The notes beneath the pieces were generated by a model that saw only the letters and a list, made by a program, of their open reading frames with translations, was not told the DNA's origin and did no database searches. A program made the translations under genes and the position numbers. DNA of 64,000 bases from Deltaproteobacteria bacterium (GTDB lineage: Bacteria; Myxococcota_A; Polyangia; JAAYKL01): contig JAFGXQ010000013.1 in assembly GCA_016936575.1 (NCBI GenBank), positions 2,835 through 66,834 on the forward strand, written 5' to 3'. Shown here piece by piece: positions 31,210 to 41,934 of this stretch (position 1 is its first letter; each line of letters starts with the position of its first letter).

Positions 31210-31620
31210 TCAGCTTAATTCGCAGTCTGTCCCGGTCAGCTGGCAGGATGCACCGGTGTATTGCAAAATCTCAATTTCCACACCGTTGGGGTCTTTACAC
31301 TGAAAACTATAGGTATGATCCGGACCGATTTGGATACCGCTGATTTCAACGCCTTCCCGCTTGAGAGCGCTGTAGCATCCATCAATATCACGGCTTTCAA
31401 AAGAAATATGTCGATATGCACCGCCTGTGCCGCACGGTGCGTCTTTTTCAAGGTAAACCTCAATGAAATTACCTTCCGTCATCCGCAGATAAAATCCAAT
31501 CACTTCACCATTCTTCTTAAAATCGAACACCCGGGTCATCCCGAGAATATCACAGTAAAAATGTGTGGTTTTCTCCAAATCATCTGTTTGAATACATATA
31601 TGGGCCAAGCTGAGATACAT
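31210..31620 (-). CDS. VOC/glyoxalase-bleomycin resistance family protein
   Basis: ORF 31210..31824. Probable start MYLSLAHICIQTDDLEK (typical N-terminus of glyoxalase-fold proteins). Confidence 0.65.
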   Translation of the reverse strand: MYLSLAHICIQTDDLEKTTHFYCDILGMTRVFDFKKNGEVIGFYLRMTEGNFIEVYLEKDAPCGTGGAYRHISFESRDIDGCYSALKREGVEISGIQIGPDHTYSFQCKDPNGVEIEILQYTGASCQLTGTDCELS

Positions 31621-31936
31621 TTTCTTCTCCTTTGCAGTTGCTTCTTTGCAGAAAAAATCCGTTAGTGCCATCGATGCTATGAAATGTTCCGCGCTCAAAC
31701 AATTCGCACAGCATAGAAAAGCCCCGGTATTTCTACCGGAATAATTGCCGTACAAATCCCCCTTATTTTTCAGTCTTTCTGCCGTAACGATGTCCCCGAA
31801 GTGTATCCTGTCCGTCAGCCACACAAAATTTTCGCCAATTCACCGAATATCCAACTCCATTCGCCCAGTTGAGGTTGGAGCTGCTCAAAAAACAAACTAG
31901 CTTACTTTTTGAGCTGCAAACGAAAGGAATAAACGC

Positions 31937-33898
31937 ATGACGAAGCCCAAGCAACATGTTTCAATACAGAACCCAACCGACCCGCAGTCCCGAACCCCGA
32001 TGAAGCCGTCACCATTTCACGAAATCGAAAAAAGCGTTTACAGCGCACTAGAAACCTATGCAAATGTGCACCGCGGCAGCGGTCATGCATCTACGGTTAC
32101 TACGGCACTGTATGAAAAGGCCCGTGATGCGGTTCTGGCCCATCTCAACCTGTCGAAAAAAAAATACAAGGTTCTCTTTTGTTCTCCCGGCCGAGCAGCA
32201 GCGCTGACCGACCAACTCCACACCAACGCATTCCACCAACTCTCGAGCCGCGACCTGGGACTCGCCGTGGGTGTGCGCGCCATCGCCATTTCTAAGAAAA
32301 CATTGAAGTCACTTCGCCCAGTTGACACCGGCGGAGGTGCAGCCCGGCTTATCGCACCCAAATGGGTGGTTTGGGAACATGCGCCGGACCTGTTTGAAGC
32401 GGGTACGCCGGCGGTGATAAATATCATTGCTTTCGTCCGCGCACTTCAGCTTTCAGGCAAAGCAAACGCCCGGAATGCATTCAGCGAATCAGAGTCCTTA
32501 TCAGCGAATGCGCAACAATTGTTTGAAGGTATTTTACCCGGGCTAAGTGGAGAAACGCTGATGGCAGAACTGCTGGAAACGCGCATCGGACGCTCGATGC
32601 CGGTACCCACCACCCGCGGTATGCAGCCGTATATCAATCTTGACAACAGTGCCAGCACCCCCACATTCGCACCGATTTGGGACGTCGTTCGGTTCACCTG
32701 GCGTCAACCCGCCGCGGTTCAGGAACAAATTGTTCAATCGGTTCGAACCATCTGCGCACAGTTCCTCAATGCGCCGCAGACCGACTACCACACACTTTTC
32801 ACCTGGAACACCACAGAGGCGGTGAACAGTGCTGCGCGATTGGTTGCGACGGATACCCCTTCAGACATTGCGCCGGTCATCGTCAGCACTATGCTGGAAC
32901 ATTCATCGAACGATTTGCCCTGGCGCACCATACCCGGCGTGCAAATGGAGTACTTATCTATCAATGACGAAGGATTCGTGGACCCATCACAGTTGCAGCA
33001 GCTGTTGGTAGAATACAATGACGAAAAGAAACACGGCAACCAACGTATCGTTTTAGTCTCTGTCAGCGGCGCATCCAATGTGCTCGGTACATGCAACCGG
33101 CTTTCTGAAATCAGCCGATTGGCCCACCGTTATAACGCCCGTCTGTTTGTTGACGCGGCCCAGCTGATTGCTCACCGCAAGATAGATATAGCAACGGACC
33201 AAATCGATTTTTTGGCGTTTTCCGCCCACAAAGTATATGCACCCTTCGGAGCCGGTTCCTTGATCATTAAAAAGCAGTCGCTTGGCATCGATGAAAAAAC
33301 GCTCTCAACATTAGAGCAACACGGTGATGAAAACGCAGCAGGCATCTCTGCGTTGGGAGCTTCACTCTCCTTACTGAACCGAATCGGGATGAAACATATC
33401 GAACAAAAAGAACTCTCGCTTACACGGCATGCGTTGATGGGTCTCAGTAATATTTCCAATGTTCGATTGTACGGCATAAAAGCCCCTGACACACTCGCAC
33501 TATCCCAAAAAGTCGGCGTCATTCCATTTGATGTGAAGGGAACCATGCCTGCCACCACCGCGCGCAGACTGGCTGAAGAACGAGGAATCGGCGTTCGCTA
33601 CGGCTGCCATTGTGCACATATCACGGTAAAGAGAATTCTTCACATCGGCCCGCGTCTTGAAGCGTTCCAACGAATCATTCTTCGACTGGTTCCCATGCTG
33701 AAGTTCCAGGGAGTCGTCCGTGTCAGCTTCGGCCTTGAAAACAGCATAGATGATGTGGATGCGCTGGTGCAAACCATGTTGCGGTTTACCGATAAACAAG
33801 TCTCGTCGACTGACTTATCACAAAAAGAAATGAAACAGGCAATGGGGTCTTTTGCGGAGGAGCGGGTTGCACGCGTTTTTGCAACACAGACAAAATGA
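31937..33898 (+). CDS. class V aminotransferase / cysteine desulfurase-like PLP enzyme (extended, 653 aa)
   Basis: NifS/SufS-like fold. Lys-PLP motif FSAHKVYAPFGAG. Longer than canonical desulfurases. Confidence 0.75.
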   Translation: MTKPKQHVSIQNPTDPQSRTPMKPSPFHEIEKSVYSALETYANVHRGSGHASTVTTALYEKARDAVLAHLNLSKKKYKVLFCSPGRAAALTDQLHTNAFHQLSSRDLGLAVGVRAIAISKKTLKSLRPVDTGGGAARLIAPKWVVWEHAPDLFEAGTPAVINIIAFVRALQLSGKANARNAFSESESLSANAQQLFEGILPGLSGETLMAELLETRIGRSMPVPTTRGMQPYINLDNSASTPTFAPIWDVVRFTWRQPAAVQEQIVQSVRTICAQFLNAPQTDYHTLFTWNTTEAVNSAARLVATDTPSDIAPVIVSTMLEHSSNDLPWRTIPGVQMEYLSINDEGFVDPSQLQQLLVEYNDEKKHGNQRIVLVSVSGASNVLGTCNRLSEISRLAHRYNARLFVDAAQLIAHRKIDIATDQIDFLAFSAHKVYAPFGAGSLIIKKQSLGIDEKTLSTLEQHGDENAAGISALGASLSLLNRIGMKHIEQKELSLTRHALMGLSNISNVRLYGIKAPDTLALSQKVGVIPFDVKGTMPATTARRLAEERGIGVRYGCHCAHITVKRILHIGPRLEAFQRIILRLVPMLKFQGVVRVSFGLENSIDDVDALVQTMLRFTDKQVSSTDLSQKEMKQAMGSFAEERVARVFATQTK

Positions 33899-33967
33899 GA
33901 AAATATCACTTATGAACGGCGGAAGGGCGAGCTGCAAACGGTCCGTTGAATTCTGAATCGGTCAGAA

Positions 33968-34702
33968 CTACCAGACGTTGAGAATCTTTCCGGTCATATC
34001 GGTATCACTGTAACGGAACCAGTTTGACGCTTCTTCTTTCACCCGCTTGGCATCCGCCTCGGTGAATTCAGATTCCGGACCGACCCAGTATACCCGATGG
34101 ACAATAATTTCGTCGTTGATGTTCTGTTTACTGGTCACACACGCAGCAATTTTCCCGGCCATTCCCTTTAAATCCAGATTGGCCTCCACACACAGGGCTT
34201 TGCGCTTTTTCTTGCCGACCTTTGTCTCTGTAAACTCCAGATTCGAGCCGCTTCCATATTTCTCGGCCATCTCTGATTTAATAAACCGCGCGGCCTGGTC
34301 TCTCAATTCAGCCTCAATATCGCCGGCGGTTTCATTGGGAACCAAAGACTCCACTTTAATCGTTAAATTACCGTCGGTAATTTTCACCTTGCCGCCGAAT
34401 GTTCCGCACTCCACCTGCGACGACGGCGTCACGTGTAAAAACCAATCCGCCATATCGGATACCACCTGAATCACGCCCTCTTCAATTTCTTCCACCCTGC
34501 ATTTTTTTTCGTCTTCGCGCCCGGCGGTTCGCTGAATGGCGGCCGGCCGTTGGGGTTCCGCTACCGCAGGTGCTTCAACCACTTCTTCGACCGGCATAAT
34601 CGGCTCGGAAATAGTTTCCGTCTCTGATTCCTGAGCCGCACCACCGCACCCGACGATTGTGGCAAAAAATAAAACCGGGAAAAATTCGATTCTTTTTTTC
34701 AT
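33968..34702 (-). CDS. hypothetical lipoprotein
   Basis: ORF 33968..34768. Probable start MKKRIEFFPVLFFATIVGCGG (lipobox). Confidence 0.45.
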   Translation of the reverse strand: MKKRIEFFPVLFFATIVGCGGAAQESETETISEPIMPVEEVVEAPAVAEPQRPAAIQRTAGREDEKKCRVEEIEEGVIQVVSDMADWFLHVTPSSQVECGTFGGKVKITDGNLTIKVESLVPNETAGDIEAELRDQAARFIKSEMAEKYGSGSNLEFTETKVGKKKRKALCVEANLDLKGMAGKIAACVTSKQNINDEIIVHRVYWVGPESEFTEADAKRVKEEASNWFRYSDTDMTGKILNVW

Positions 34703-34833
34703 GACCATCCTCTGTTTCCTTTTTTGGTTTGATTCCCCAAATATGCCGCCAACCCACTTTACAGTCAATCGCCGTTATGGTTTTCAGCGCATTGCCCGTA
34801 TAAGAACAATATTTCGTTCATTCAGAAAGAAAA

Positions 34834-35559
34834 TTATTTACATGCAGAATGCCAATTGGCATTTGCAGCTTTGTCCGCAACAATCAGCTCACTGGTGTTG
34901 TCCGCAACGGCAAAACCGAAGCACCAGTTCATTTCATTGCACAGTGTAGCAATATCGGAACACCATTGATCCGTTTCACCCGCTTTAAGCTTCGCATACG
35001 CACTTATTGCGAAGTAAAAAACAGACAATGGCGCGTCATATGCATTCTGAATATTCGAATTAGCCTCTTGCACATCATCATTCTCTAATTGTTCTATCTC
35101 GCGCTGATCCCGATAAATGGAAAAGAATTCCTCAGCGGCCTGTGCGTATTCGCGTTCCGTAAAGTGAATTCGTGCCATACATTCTTTTGCCCCAATCGTT
35201 AGGTACTCACTGCATATTGCTTTTGCACCGTCAAGGTCATTTTGAAAATAACGAGCCTTTCCAATGCAAATCCGGATGTCTGAATTCCCCGGAATTTCCT
35301 GTGCGCCAGTCTTACAAACGGCTTCCATCTCATTGAATCGCCCGTTTTTCTGATACACAAATGCCAAATTTGTATAGCCAATCGGGTCTTTGGGCTGATG
35401 TTTTATGGCTCGTTTGTACCATTTTTCAGCTTTTTCCCAATTGCCCTTTGACACATGATGAAGGCCGGTCGCAATCGCGGTCATCGCAGCTTGTTTGTGG
35501 TTGCATCCCATAACAATCGCTAGCCCCACGCACAGGGCAACTGGTAAAACTATACGCAT
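34834..35559 (-). CDS. tetratricopeptide-repeat lipoprotein
   Basis: ORF 34834..35601. Probable start MRIVLPVALCVGLAIVMGC. Several TPR-like W/Y-rich helical repeats. Confidence 0.6.
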   Translation of the reverse strand: MRIVLPVALCVGLAIVMGCNHKQAAMTAIATGLHHVSKGNWEKAEKWYKRAIKHQPKDPIGYTNLAFVYQKNGRFNEMEAVCKTGAQEIPGNSDIRICIGKARYFQNDLDGAKAICSEYLTIGAKECMARIHFTEREYAQAAEEFFSIYRDQREIEQLENDDVQEANSNIQNAYDAPLSVFYFAISAYAKLKAGETDQWCSDIATLCNEMNWCFGFAVADNTSELIVADKAANANWHSACK

Positions 35560-35669
35560 GGTTCCGTTCATATTGTTCTTTCTCTCATCAGTACATTGCA
35601 AATGAATAATTGAATAAAATGAACAGTAACAGAAACAACTTTTTTTAAAATCGTTTATCCGTTTATTCT

Positions 35670-36926
35670 TTAGACGATATCATTCCCACCCCGCACCCAC
35701 ACATGTTCGGAAGGCTTTTCGGTCATCCGATACACTTTGTCGCCCACGCGGACTCTTTCGCCGAGCGGCATAGTAACGATTCCCCTTGCCGCCTGGGACA
35801 CAATCACGTCGTGTTGTCGAATTTCTGTCGGTGTAAAATTCACCACGCCGGTTTTGTTGCCCTGTACACTCAACATGGCGCCCACAGAAAATGTGTTGTC
35901 CCGCACGTTCACCTCAGCCACCTGCGCCTTGCGATAATAATTGGTTACCATTCCCACGTAATCTTTTTTCAGCGTCGCCTGACCACCATAGGCGTCGACA
36001 AATTCAGAAATGGGACGCCCCCAATAGAACCCATCACAAAAAGTACGGTTGTACACACGCTTAAGCTCCGCGAGCAACGCCGCCTTTTTGTCATCCGTCA
36101 GCGCGCCTTGTGCCCATGCATCCACAGCCTCCCGGTATACACGTACCACTGTACGCACATAATCGGGATTACGACCTCTGCCCTCAATTTTAAACGCGTC
36201 CACGCCTGCGTCGCACAGCGCTTCGATAAACGGTAGGGTGCACAAATCCTTTGCCGACATCACATACCGGTTGTCCAGCACGAACTCGTGTCCTTCCTGT
36301 AAATCCGTAATCCGATACTCTCTGCGGCAGTTCTGCTGACATTCGCCCCGGTTTCCCGACTTGCCGCACGTCAAGTCAGACAGGTAACACCGACCGGACA
36401 CGCTCACGCACATGGCACCATGTACAAACACCTCGAGCGCCATTCGCGATTCAGACTTGATAAGGCGAAGCTCTTCGAGCGTGCATTCTCGCGCCGGTAC
36501 CACACGGGTTGCCCCCAGTTGCGCATACATCTTTGCAGCCGCCGGATTACTCACCGACGCCTGGGTTGAAATATGAATCGGAATTTGTCGTTCCCCACAT
36601 GCGTGAATCACAGCCGGGTCCCAGCAAATCACTCCATCCACCTTGCCTCGCACGGCATCCAGTATACGATTCACATCATTTACTTCACCGGAAAAAATAA
36701 TTGTATTCAAGGTCAGGTAACACCGCACCCCGTTCGCGCGGCAGCGCCCAACAACTTCAGACAATTCCTCCAGCGAAAAATTGGTTGCCGCACGACGCAT
36801 GTTCAACTGTTCTACCCCGAAGTACACCGCATCCGCACCGCTCTGAATCGCCGCCTGCAGCGAAACGAAATCTCCGGCCGGCGCAATCAGTTCAGGCTTA
36901 TTTTTCGTCACGGGCATTGCCTCCAA
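35670..36926 (-). CDS. peptidase U32 family protein (PrtC/YhbU/RlhA-type)
   Basis: 418 aa. N-terminal PELIAPAGDFVSLQAAIQSGADAVYFG and central E..VHGAMCVSVSGRCYLS Cys cluster typical of the U32 family. Confidence 0.8.
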   Translation of the reverse strand: MEAMPVTKNKPELIAPAGDFVSLQAAIQSGADAVYFGVEQLNMRRAATNFSLEELSEVVGRCRANGVRCYLTLNTIIFSGEVNDVNRILDAVRGKVDGVICWDPAVIHACGERQIPIHISTQASVSNPAAAKMYAQLGATRVVPARECTLEELRLIKSESRMALEVFVHGAMCVSVSGRCYLSDLTCGKSGNRGECQQNCRREYRITDLQEGHEFVLDNRYVMSAKDLCTLPFIEALCDAGVDAFKIEGRGRNPDYVRTVVRVYREAVDAWAQGALTDDKKAALLAELKRVYNRTFCDGFYWGRPISEFVDAYGGQATLKKDYVGMVTNYYRKAQVAEVNVRDNTFSVGAMLSVQGNKTGVVNFTPTEIRQHDVIVSQAARGIVTMPLGERVRVGDKVYRMTEKPSEHVWVRGGNDIV

Positions 36927-36991
36927 TATTCACTTGAGTTAATTGAATCTGAAAAAAATGCTACACTCACAATGACACTCGTTCTGCTACT

Positions 36992-37516
36992 TCAACCCCC
37001 GGGAACCGTCTGGTACCGCTTCATCAACTCCAGGTAATGCAACGCATTCTCCCGAATGTTGCCGCGCTGCTGTGCTGACAACGGTTTCATCTGCCGCGCG
37101 GGCGTCCCAGCGTACAGAAAGCCCCCCGCCAATACCTGTTTTTCAAGAACCACGGCTCCCGCCGCTACAATCGAACCGGATTTCACCACCGCGTTATCCA
37201 TCACGATAGCGCCCATCCCAATCAGACATTCATCCTCAATCAAGCAGCCGTGCAGAATCGCACTGTGCCCCACTGTGACATACTCACCCACTACCGTCTT
37301 TGAATAATCGGTGGTGCAGTGAACCATACACAAATCCTGAATGCTACTGTATGAACCGATATGAATAGGGCCCACATCTCCGCGCAGCACCGCCCCGTAC
37401 CAAATACTCGCCTGAATGCCGACGGTTACCTTGGCTATCAGCGCGGCGTTTTCGGCGACAAACGCAGTGGGATGGATCGCAGGTGCTATCCCGTTCAATT
37501 CTCGTATCATCGGCAT
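36992..37516 (-). CDS. gamma-class carbonic anhydrase family protein (hexapeptide-repeat, YrdA/PaaY-like)
   Basis: ORF 36992..37585. Probable start MPMIREL. Left-handed beta-helix hexapeptide repeats with conserved His residues. Confidence 0.8.
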   Translation of the reverse strand: MPMIRELNGIAPAIHPTAFVAENAALIAKVTVGIQASIWYGAVLRGDVGPIHIGSYSSIQDLCMVHCTTDYSKTVVGEYVTVGHSAILHGCLIEDECLIGMGAIVMDNAVVKSGSIVAAGAVVLEKQVLAGGFLYAGTPARQMKPLSAQQRGNIRENALHYLELMKRYQTVPGG

Positions 37517-37556
37517 GAAGCGTCCTTCGGTTGAATACGAATCATTTTTCGAACGA

Positions 37557-39488
37557 CTATACCATCGCTGTCTCATCCGCACCAAAAGGAATATTGATAA
37601 TAAATGTTGTTCCCTGCTGAAGTTCCGAGCTCACACGGATTGTACCGCGATGGCCTTCCGTTACGATAAAATACGAAATGGACAATCCCAGCCCTGTTCC
37701 CTTTCCCGCTTCCTTGGTGGTGTAAAACGGTTCGAAAATTCGCGAAAGCCTACTTTTTTCAATTCCCGGGCCGTTGTCAGCAATAGTTATCTCTACAGAA
37801 TCGGCGGTGTCTGAGAGCGTAATTTTGAACAGTGGCTCCTTGCTTGTATCCGCTTCTTCTCCCATAGCATGCGCGCCGTTGACAAAAATATTGAAAAACA
37901 CCTGTGACAATGCTGTTTTATCACACAGACACAACCGAGAACTCTCGTATTGCTTTTCAATACGAATATCCTTGATATGAAATTTTTTGTTCAAACTGTA
38001 GTCAGTTTGCGCCAAACGCAACGCCGCATCAACCACATCGGCTAGCGGTTCCATTGTCATTCGATCGCGCTGCCGTGCAAAATCGAGCATATCCTGAACG
38101 ATGGTGCTGCTTCGCACCGATGCGCGTTCAATCATATCACACAGCTCCAATATTCTTCGCTCCCGCAAATATCCGGTTACCTGTTTCAACGAAACGTCCC
38201 ATTTTCGAGCCGCATCCTCATTCTTTTCATTTGGTGTGAGACGCTGTTTGATCACTTGAATACTCTGTTGAATACCGGCGAGGGGGCTGTTCAATTCGTG
38301 TGCAAGACCGGCAGCCAATCCGCCCAATGAAAGCATCTTTTCGGACTGAATCATCAACTGTTGTGTATTCTTCAGCACGGTGACATCCTGCCCCAGGGCC
38401 ACGACAAAACCCTCATCGTTTCGACGAATCGCCGCAAAACTCCAAGAATACACTTTCGCGACGTCTTCTGAAAACCGAATCATCGTTTCGAGAACTGCAC
38501 TCTTGTTGTTGTGCAATACATTCTCACACGCAAAATGAAAAGCCGCCACGTCCTCTGAACCCAGAAAGCGCTTTGAAAAAAACACGCCTCGTAATGACTC
38601 GCCCGCTGCGAATATATACTCTGCGTTCGCATTGCAATCCTCCACGCTCCCTTCCTGATTCAACTCCAACACAACCCCGGGCAGTGCCTGTGCCAACGTT
38701 CGAAACCTGAACTCACTTTCTCGAAGTTCCCCAACCTTTTCTTCCACCATTCGTTCCAACTGTTCGTTTTGTTTTTCCAGCAACACCTCTGCATCCTTGC
38801 GGCGCTCCACCTCTTCGCCCAACTGAATCGCCAGATTTTCAGCTATTTCAGCGTGCGCAAATCTCAGACGCCGAGCTCGTTGGAAATAATATGAAAAGGC
38901 GACACCGAAAGATACGCTCACTAACATCATGATCACAAAGCTGAAAAGAACTACCGGATCACCGCCGTCCAAGTATCCTCGGACATTCACGAAAAACGCC
39001 GCAGCTACCAACCCGCCGGCCGCCACCAGTGCCCGTCGAAGCGCAAACGGAATCACCGTCAGAATAAGAAGCGTAACAATAGAAAAAATATACGGATTAT
39101 TTGTACGACCCAGGTGTTCTCCATAATACAACGCTGTCCAAGAGTATTTGATACTATATACGACTACAAACAACAGCGCAATATTGTCGTTCTTTTTCAC
39201 GGAGGGACGAATTAGGTGAACGATAAGCAAGATAACATCGACAGCAGCTATCACGATATGAGAGATCAACAAGTGTAGTCGATGTGCGTAGGAATTGGGG
39301 AACACCGCAGAGTCTACAAGAAAGTATGTCAATATCTCTGCCGAGATGGCCAGGATGATCAGCACCGCCAGCCAGCGTGCATTAAACTCAGCCGACCTGA
39401 ATCGCCGCTCAACGCGCCGGTCATAAAACTCCGACAAAAAAGGATGTAGGCGATATTCGGTGTGCAAATCCGCTGCTCCCTGTCTCAT
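37557..39488 (-). CDS. membrane sensor histidine kinase
   Basis: 643 aa. N-terminal multi-TM sensor region. HisKA H-box LAHELNSPLAGI. HATPase_c (DNGPGI..., GTGLGLSI). Confidence 0.8.
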   Translation of the reverse strand: MRQGAADLHTEYRLHPFLSEFYDRRVERRFRSAEFNARWLAVLIILAISAEILTYFLVDSAVFPNSYAHRLHLLISHIVIAAVDVILLIVHLIRPSVKKNDNIALLFVVVYSIKYSWTALYYGEHLGRTNNPYIFSIVTLLILTVIPFALRRALVAAGGLVAAAFFVNVRGYLDGGDPVVLFSFVIMMLVSVSFGVAFSYYFQRARRLRFAHAEIAENLAIQLGEEVERRKDAEVLLEKQNEQLERMVEEKVGELRESEFRFRTLAQALPGVVLELNQEGSVEDCNANAEYIFAAGESLRGVFFSKRFLGSEDVAAFHFACENVLHNNKSAVLETMIRFSEDVAKVYSWSFAAIRRNDEGFVVALGQDVTVLKNTQQLMIQSEKMLSLGGLAAGLAHELNSPLAGIQQSIQVIKQRLTPNEKNEDAARKWDVSLKQVTGYLRERRILELCDMIERASVRSSTIVQDMLDFARQRDRMTMEPLADVVDAALRLAQTDYSLNKKFHIKDIRIEKQYESSRLCLCDKTALSQVFFNIFVNGAHAMGEEADTSKEPLFKITLSDTADSVEITIADNGPGIEKSRLSRIFEPFYTTKEAGKGTGLGLSISYFIVTEGHRGTIRVSSELQQGTTFIINIPFGADETAMV

Positions 39489-39565
39489 TGAATACGGTTA
39501 AATGTACCGCAGCAATGCGGCAGGGCAACAACTATAAATAAAATCAAATTATTCGACCTAAATTT

Positions 39566-40303
39566 TCAAAACGCGGTGGCGGTATACGTGGCGGAAAGGT
39601 TTCGCGGGTCGTAGCAGAACTGGGCACCCGTCTCGCCGATGCAGGCGTATTGGGTGGCTTCGCCGCTCAGCACCGGATCCGTCTCATCCGTGCGGCACTC
39701 GGAATTATCGGCACATCCCTTGGCACATACTTTTGATGAGAGATTCGCGTCTCCCACGATGGTAGCCGCGACCACATCCATCTCAATCAGCACCGTGCCT
39801 GCGGGGCAGCTCGTCATAGCATCGAAATCACCGTATTCAGCAGTGGCGCACACCAAATCGTTGCCGGTGCAGTTGGCCATCGCCTGAATGGCGCAATAGC
39901 CGTTTGCAAAAAACACATCATTGGCCATGGTACCGCTGTACGTGCGCAGGCAAACCACACTGCCTCCGAATTCTGTCGAAACATCGTCGCATCCGATAAT
40001 TCCTTCTCCTCCGTTGGGCAAAGGGACCGTCGCCGACTCACAGGTCGTACCCACGCAGGTACACGCCGAACCGATGGTCTGGTCCGCAGTGAATGCAGTA
40101 TCCACATCGGAGTCGGTTCCACTGTCGGTTCCCGAGTCAGAGCCGGTATCGGTGTCCGTATCGGTATCAGAATCGGTGTCTGTGTCGGTATCGGTATCGG
40201 CGTCGCCGTCGCTGTCCCCGGATTCATCATCGCCACAGGCGCCCAGTCCGAAAGACGCAACCAGCAGCGAAACCAATAACAATAAATAAAAATGAATTTT
40301 CAT
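39566..40303 (-). CDS. acidic-repeat lipoprotein with Cys-rich C-terminal domain
   Basis: ORF 39566..40354. Probable start MKIHFYLLLLVSLLVASFGLGAC (lipobox). DTDTD repeat stalk. C-terminal domain of about 180 aa with about 14 Cys, ending ...TYTATAF. Confidence 0.6.
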   Translation of the reverse strand: MKIHFYLLLLVSLLVASFGLGACGDDESGDSDGDADTDTDTDTDSDTDTDTDTGSDSGTDSGTDSDVDTAFTADQTIGSACTCVGTTCESATVPLPNGGEGIIGCDDVSTEFGGSVVCLRTYSGTMANDVFFANGYCAIQAMANCTGNDLVCATAEYGDFDAMTSCPAGTVLIEMDVVAATIVGDANLSSKVCAKGCADNSECRTDETDPVLSGEATQYACIGETGAQFCYDPRNLSATYTATAF

Positions 40304-40412
40304 AATCAACATCCTTTGTTTTGCATGAATTATGGTGATGCCATCATACAACAAATGAAAAATGAAAATAAAAAAAATGCACTCGGTAGGTGAGAGAAGA
40401 AATGACGTTCAG

Positions 40413-40766
40413 CTATTTTTTTAAAATTACAGAATTGATAGCCCTGTAAAAAAGTCCTTTGAATTTTGGATTGACCCGCTCCGCATAGTGCTCCCTGGCC
40501 TTGGCCAGCGCGTGTTCCAACGGCTTGGGCAACACACCGCTTTTTTTTGCATCAACACAGAGTTCCGGATATTTTTTCGCAACCTCTGTGACCAAACCGA
40601 CCGCAATCTGCTCTGCCACCGGTTCCGAGGAAACCACGCGACGAGGTCGCCGGCTTCCGGCACGTCGTCTCATTTTCTGCACCTCCCGCACAGTGCGAAG
40701 GCCCTGCACCAATGCCATGAAACCGAACACCAGAATGCCGAATATGGCCAATTTTTCAAATGACAT
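40413..40766 (-). CDS. small membrane-anchored hypothetical protein
   Basis: 117 aa. One N-terminal TM helix then a basic cytoplasmic region. Stop abuts the tsaC start. Confidence 0.4.
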   Translation of the reverse strand: MSFEKLAIFGILVFGFMALVQGLRTVREVQKMRRRAGSRRPRRVVSSEPVAEQIAVGLVTEVAKKYPELCVDAKKSGVLPKPLEHALAKAREHYAERVNPKFKGLFYRAINSVILKK

Positions 40767-41393
40767 CTACAGTTCTCCTGCGGACAGATGCAATACACCC
40801 TGACGCAAAATCGTCAGGCGGTCGTCAGAGGCCGCAACAATTGTGGAACCGGGAGGGCCCAAAACCGTTCCATCCACCACTAAATCGACACCTTCGAGAG
40901 AAATAAGTTCCTTTGATTCGGTCGGTTCGGCCGCCCCTTTTCGATTGGCACTGGTTGCGGTCAGCACCTTTCCGGTTGCACGGGCCAAATCCAGGGCCGG
41001 CGACGGACCGGGAACCCGCACCCCAATCAATCCTCCCGGGCCAATCAGGGGCCGCGGCAATCCAGGCTTCGCGGCAATCAGCAGTGTCAGCGGACCAGGC
41101 CAATATTTTTGCGCGAGCCTGTACGCTTTGTCACTCAACCCGGTAGATACCATCGCGCACATCTCAATTGACGGTAAAATCACCGAAATCGGCTTCTGTC
41201 CCATGTCGTGGGTGGGTCTGTCTTTAATTGCCGCGCTTCTGGCCACCGCGGACTCGTCGAGCGCATTCGCCGCCAAACCGAATAACCGCTCAAACGCCAA
41301 CGCCACCACGCCGCCGCTCTCAACCACCGTAGCAGCCTGTTTCAACCAGTCCGCGTCTGAAGGAATATGTGTTGCACTCATGGGGACTGTCAA
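40767..41393 (-). CDS. tsaC: L-threonylcarbamoyladenylate synthase (YrdC/TsaC/Sua5 family)
   Basis: 208 aa. YrdC fold motifs (ESGGVVALAFERLFGLAANA..., GPLTLL, TSAN). Confidence 0.8.
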   Translation of the reverse strand: MTVPMSATHIPSDADWLKQAATVVESGGVVALAFERLFGLAANALDESAVARSAAIKDRPTHDMGQKPISVILPSIEMCAMVSTGLSDKAYRLAQKYWPGPLTLLIAAKPGLPRPLIGPGGLIGVRVPGPSPALDLARATGKVLTATSANRKGAAEPTESKELISLEGVDLVVDGTVLGPPGSTIVAASDDRLTILRQGVLHLSAGEL

Positions 41394-41402
41394 TCCGAAT
41401 GA

Positions 41403-41897
41403 CTACGACAATTTCGCCTGCACCCTGGCATCGGATGCAACCACGCCCTCCGCCATGGTGATCCGCTCCGCATCCAGCTTGGCCGCGAGGGCATCATCGG
41501 AAATACTGATGATGGACGCCGCAATCAGCCCGGCATTCTTAGCGCAATTCACGCCCACACCCGCCATGGGTACGCCGCCGGGCATCTGAACTGTCGACAA
41601 CAACGCATCAATTCCACCGAGACCGCCGACTTCAATGGGCAGCCCAATCACCGGCAACGTGGAGTTGGCCGCCATGGCGCCGCCCAAATGATTCGCCGCG
41701 CCCGCTGCTGCGATTATTACCGCGTGACCATCTGCCCGTGCGGATTTCGCCAGTTTCGCAGCCCGTTCCGGAGACCGATGCGCCGAAGCCACCGCCACCG
41801 TGAACGGCACGGCCAATTGCTTCAACACTTTTATCGCCGGCGCCACTTTATCAAAATCATTTTCACTGCCCATAACGATCAATACACTTTTAGACAT
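41403..41897 (-). CDS. purE: 5-(carboxyamino)imidazole ribonucleotide mutase
   Basis: ORF 41403..41909. Start MSKSVLIVMGSENDF. PurE signature AAGAANHLGG. Confidence 0.85.
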   Translation of the reverse strand: MSKSVLIVMGSENDFDKVAPAIKVLKQLAVPFTVAVASAHRSPERAAKLAKSARADGHAVIIAAAGAANHLGGAMAANSTLPVIGLPIEVGGLGGIDALLSTVQMPGGVPMAGVGVNCAKNAGLIAASIISISDDALAAKLDAERITMAEGVVASDARVQAKLS

Positions 41898-41934
41898 ATT
41901 TCTCCTCATCTATGTTTCGTATGCGATTTCGCCG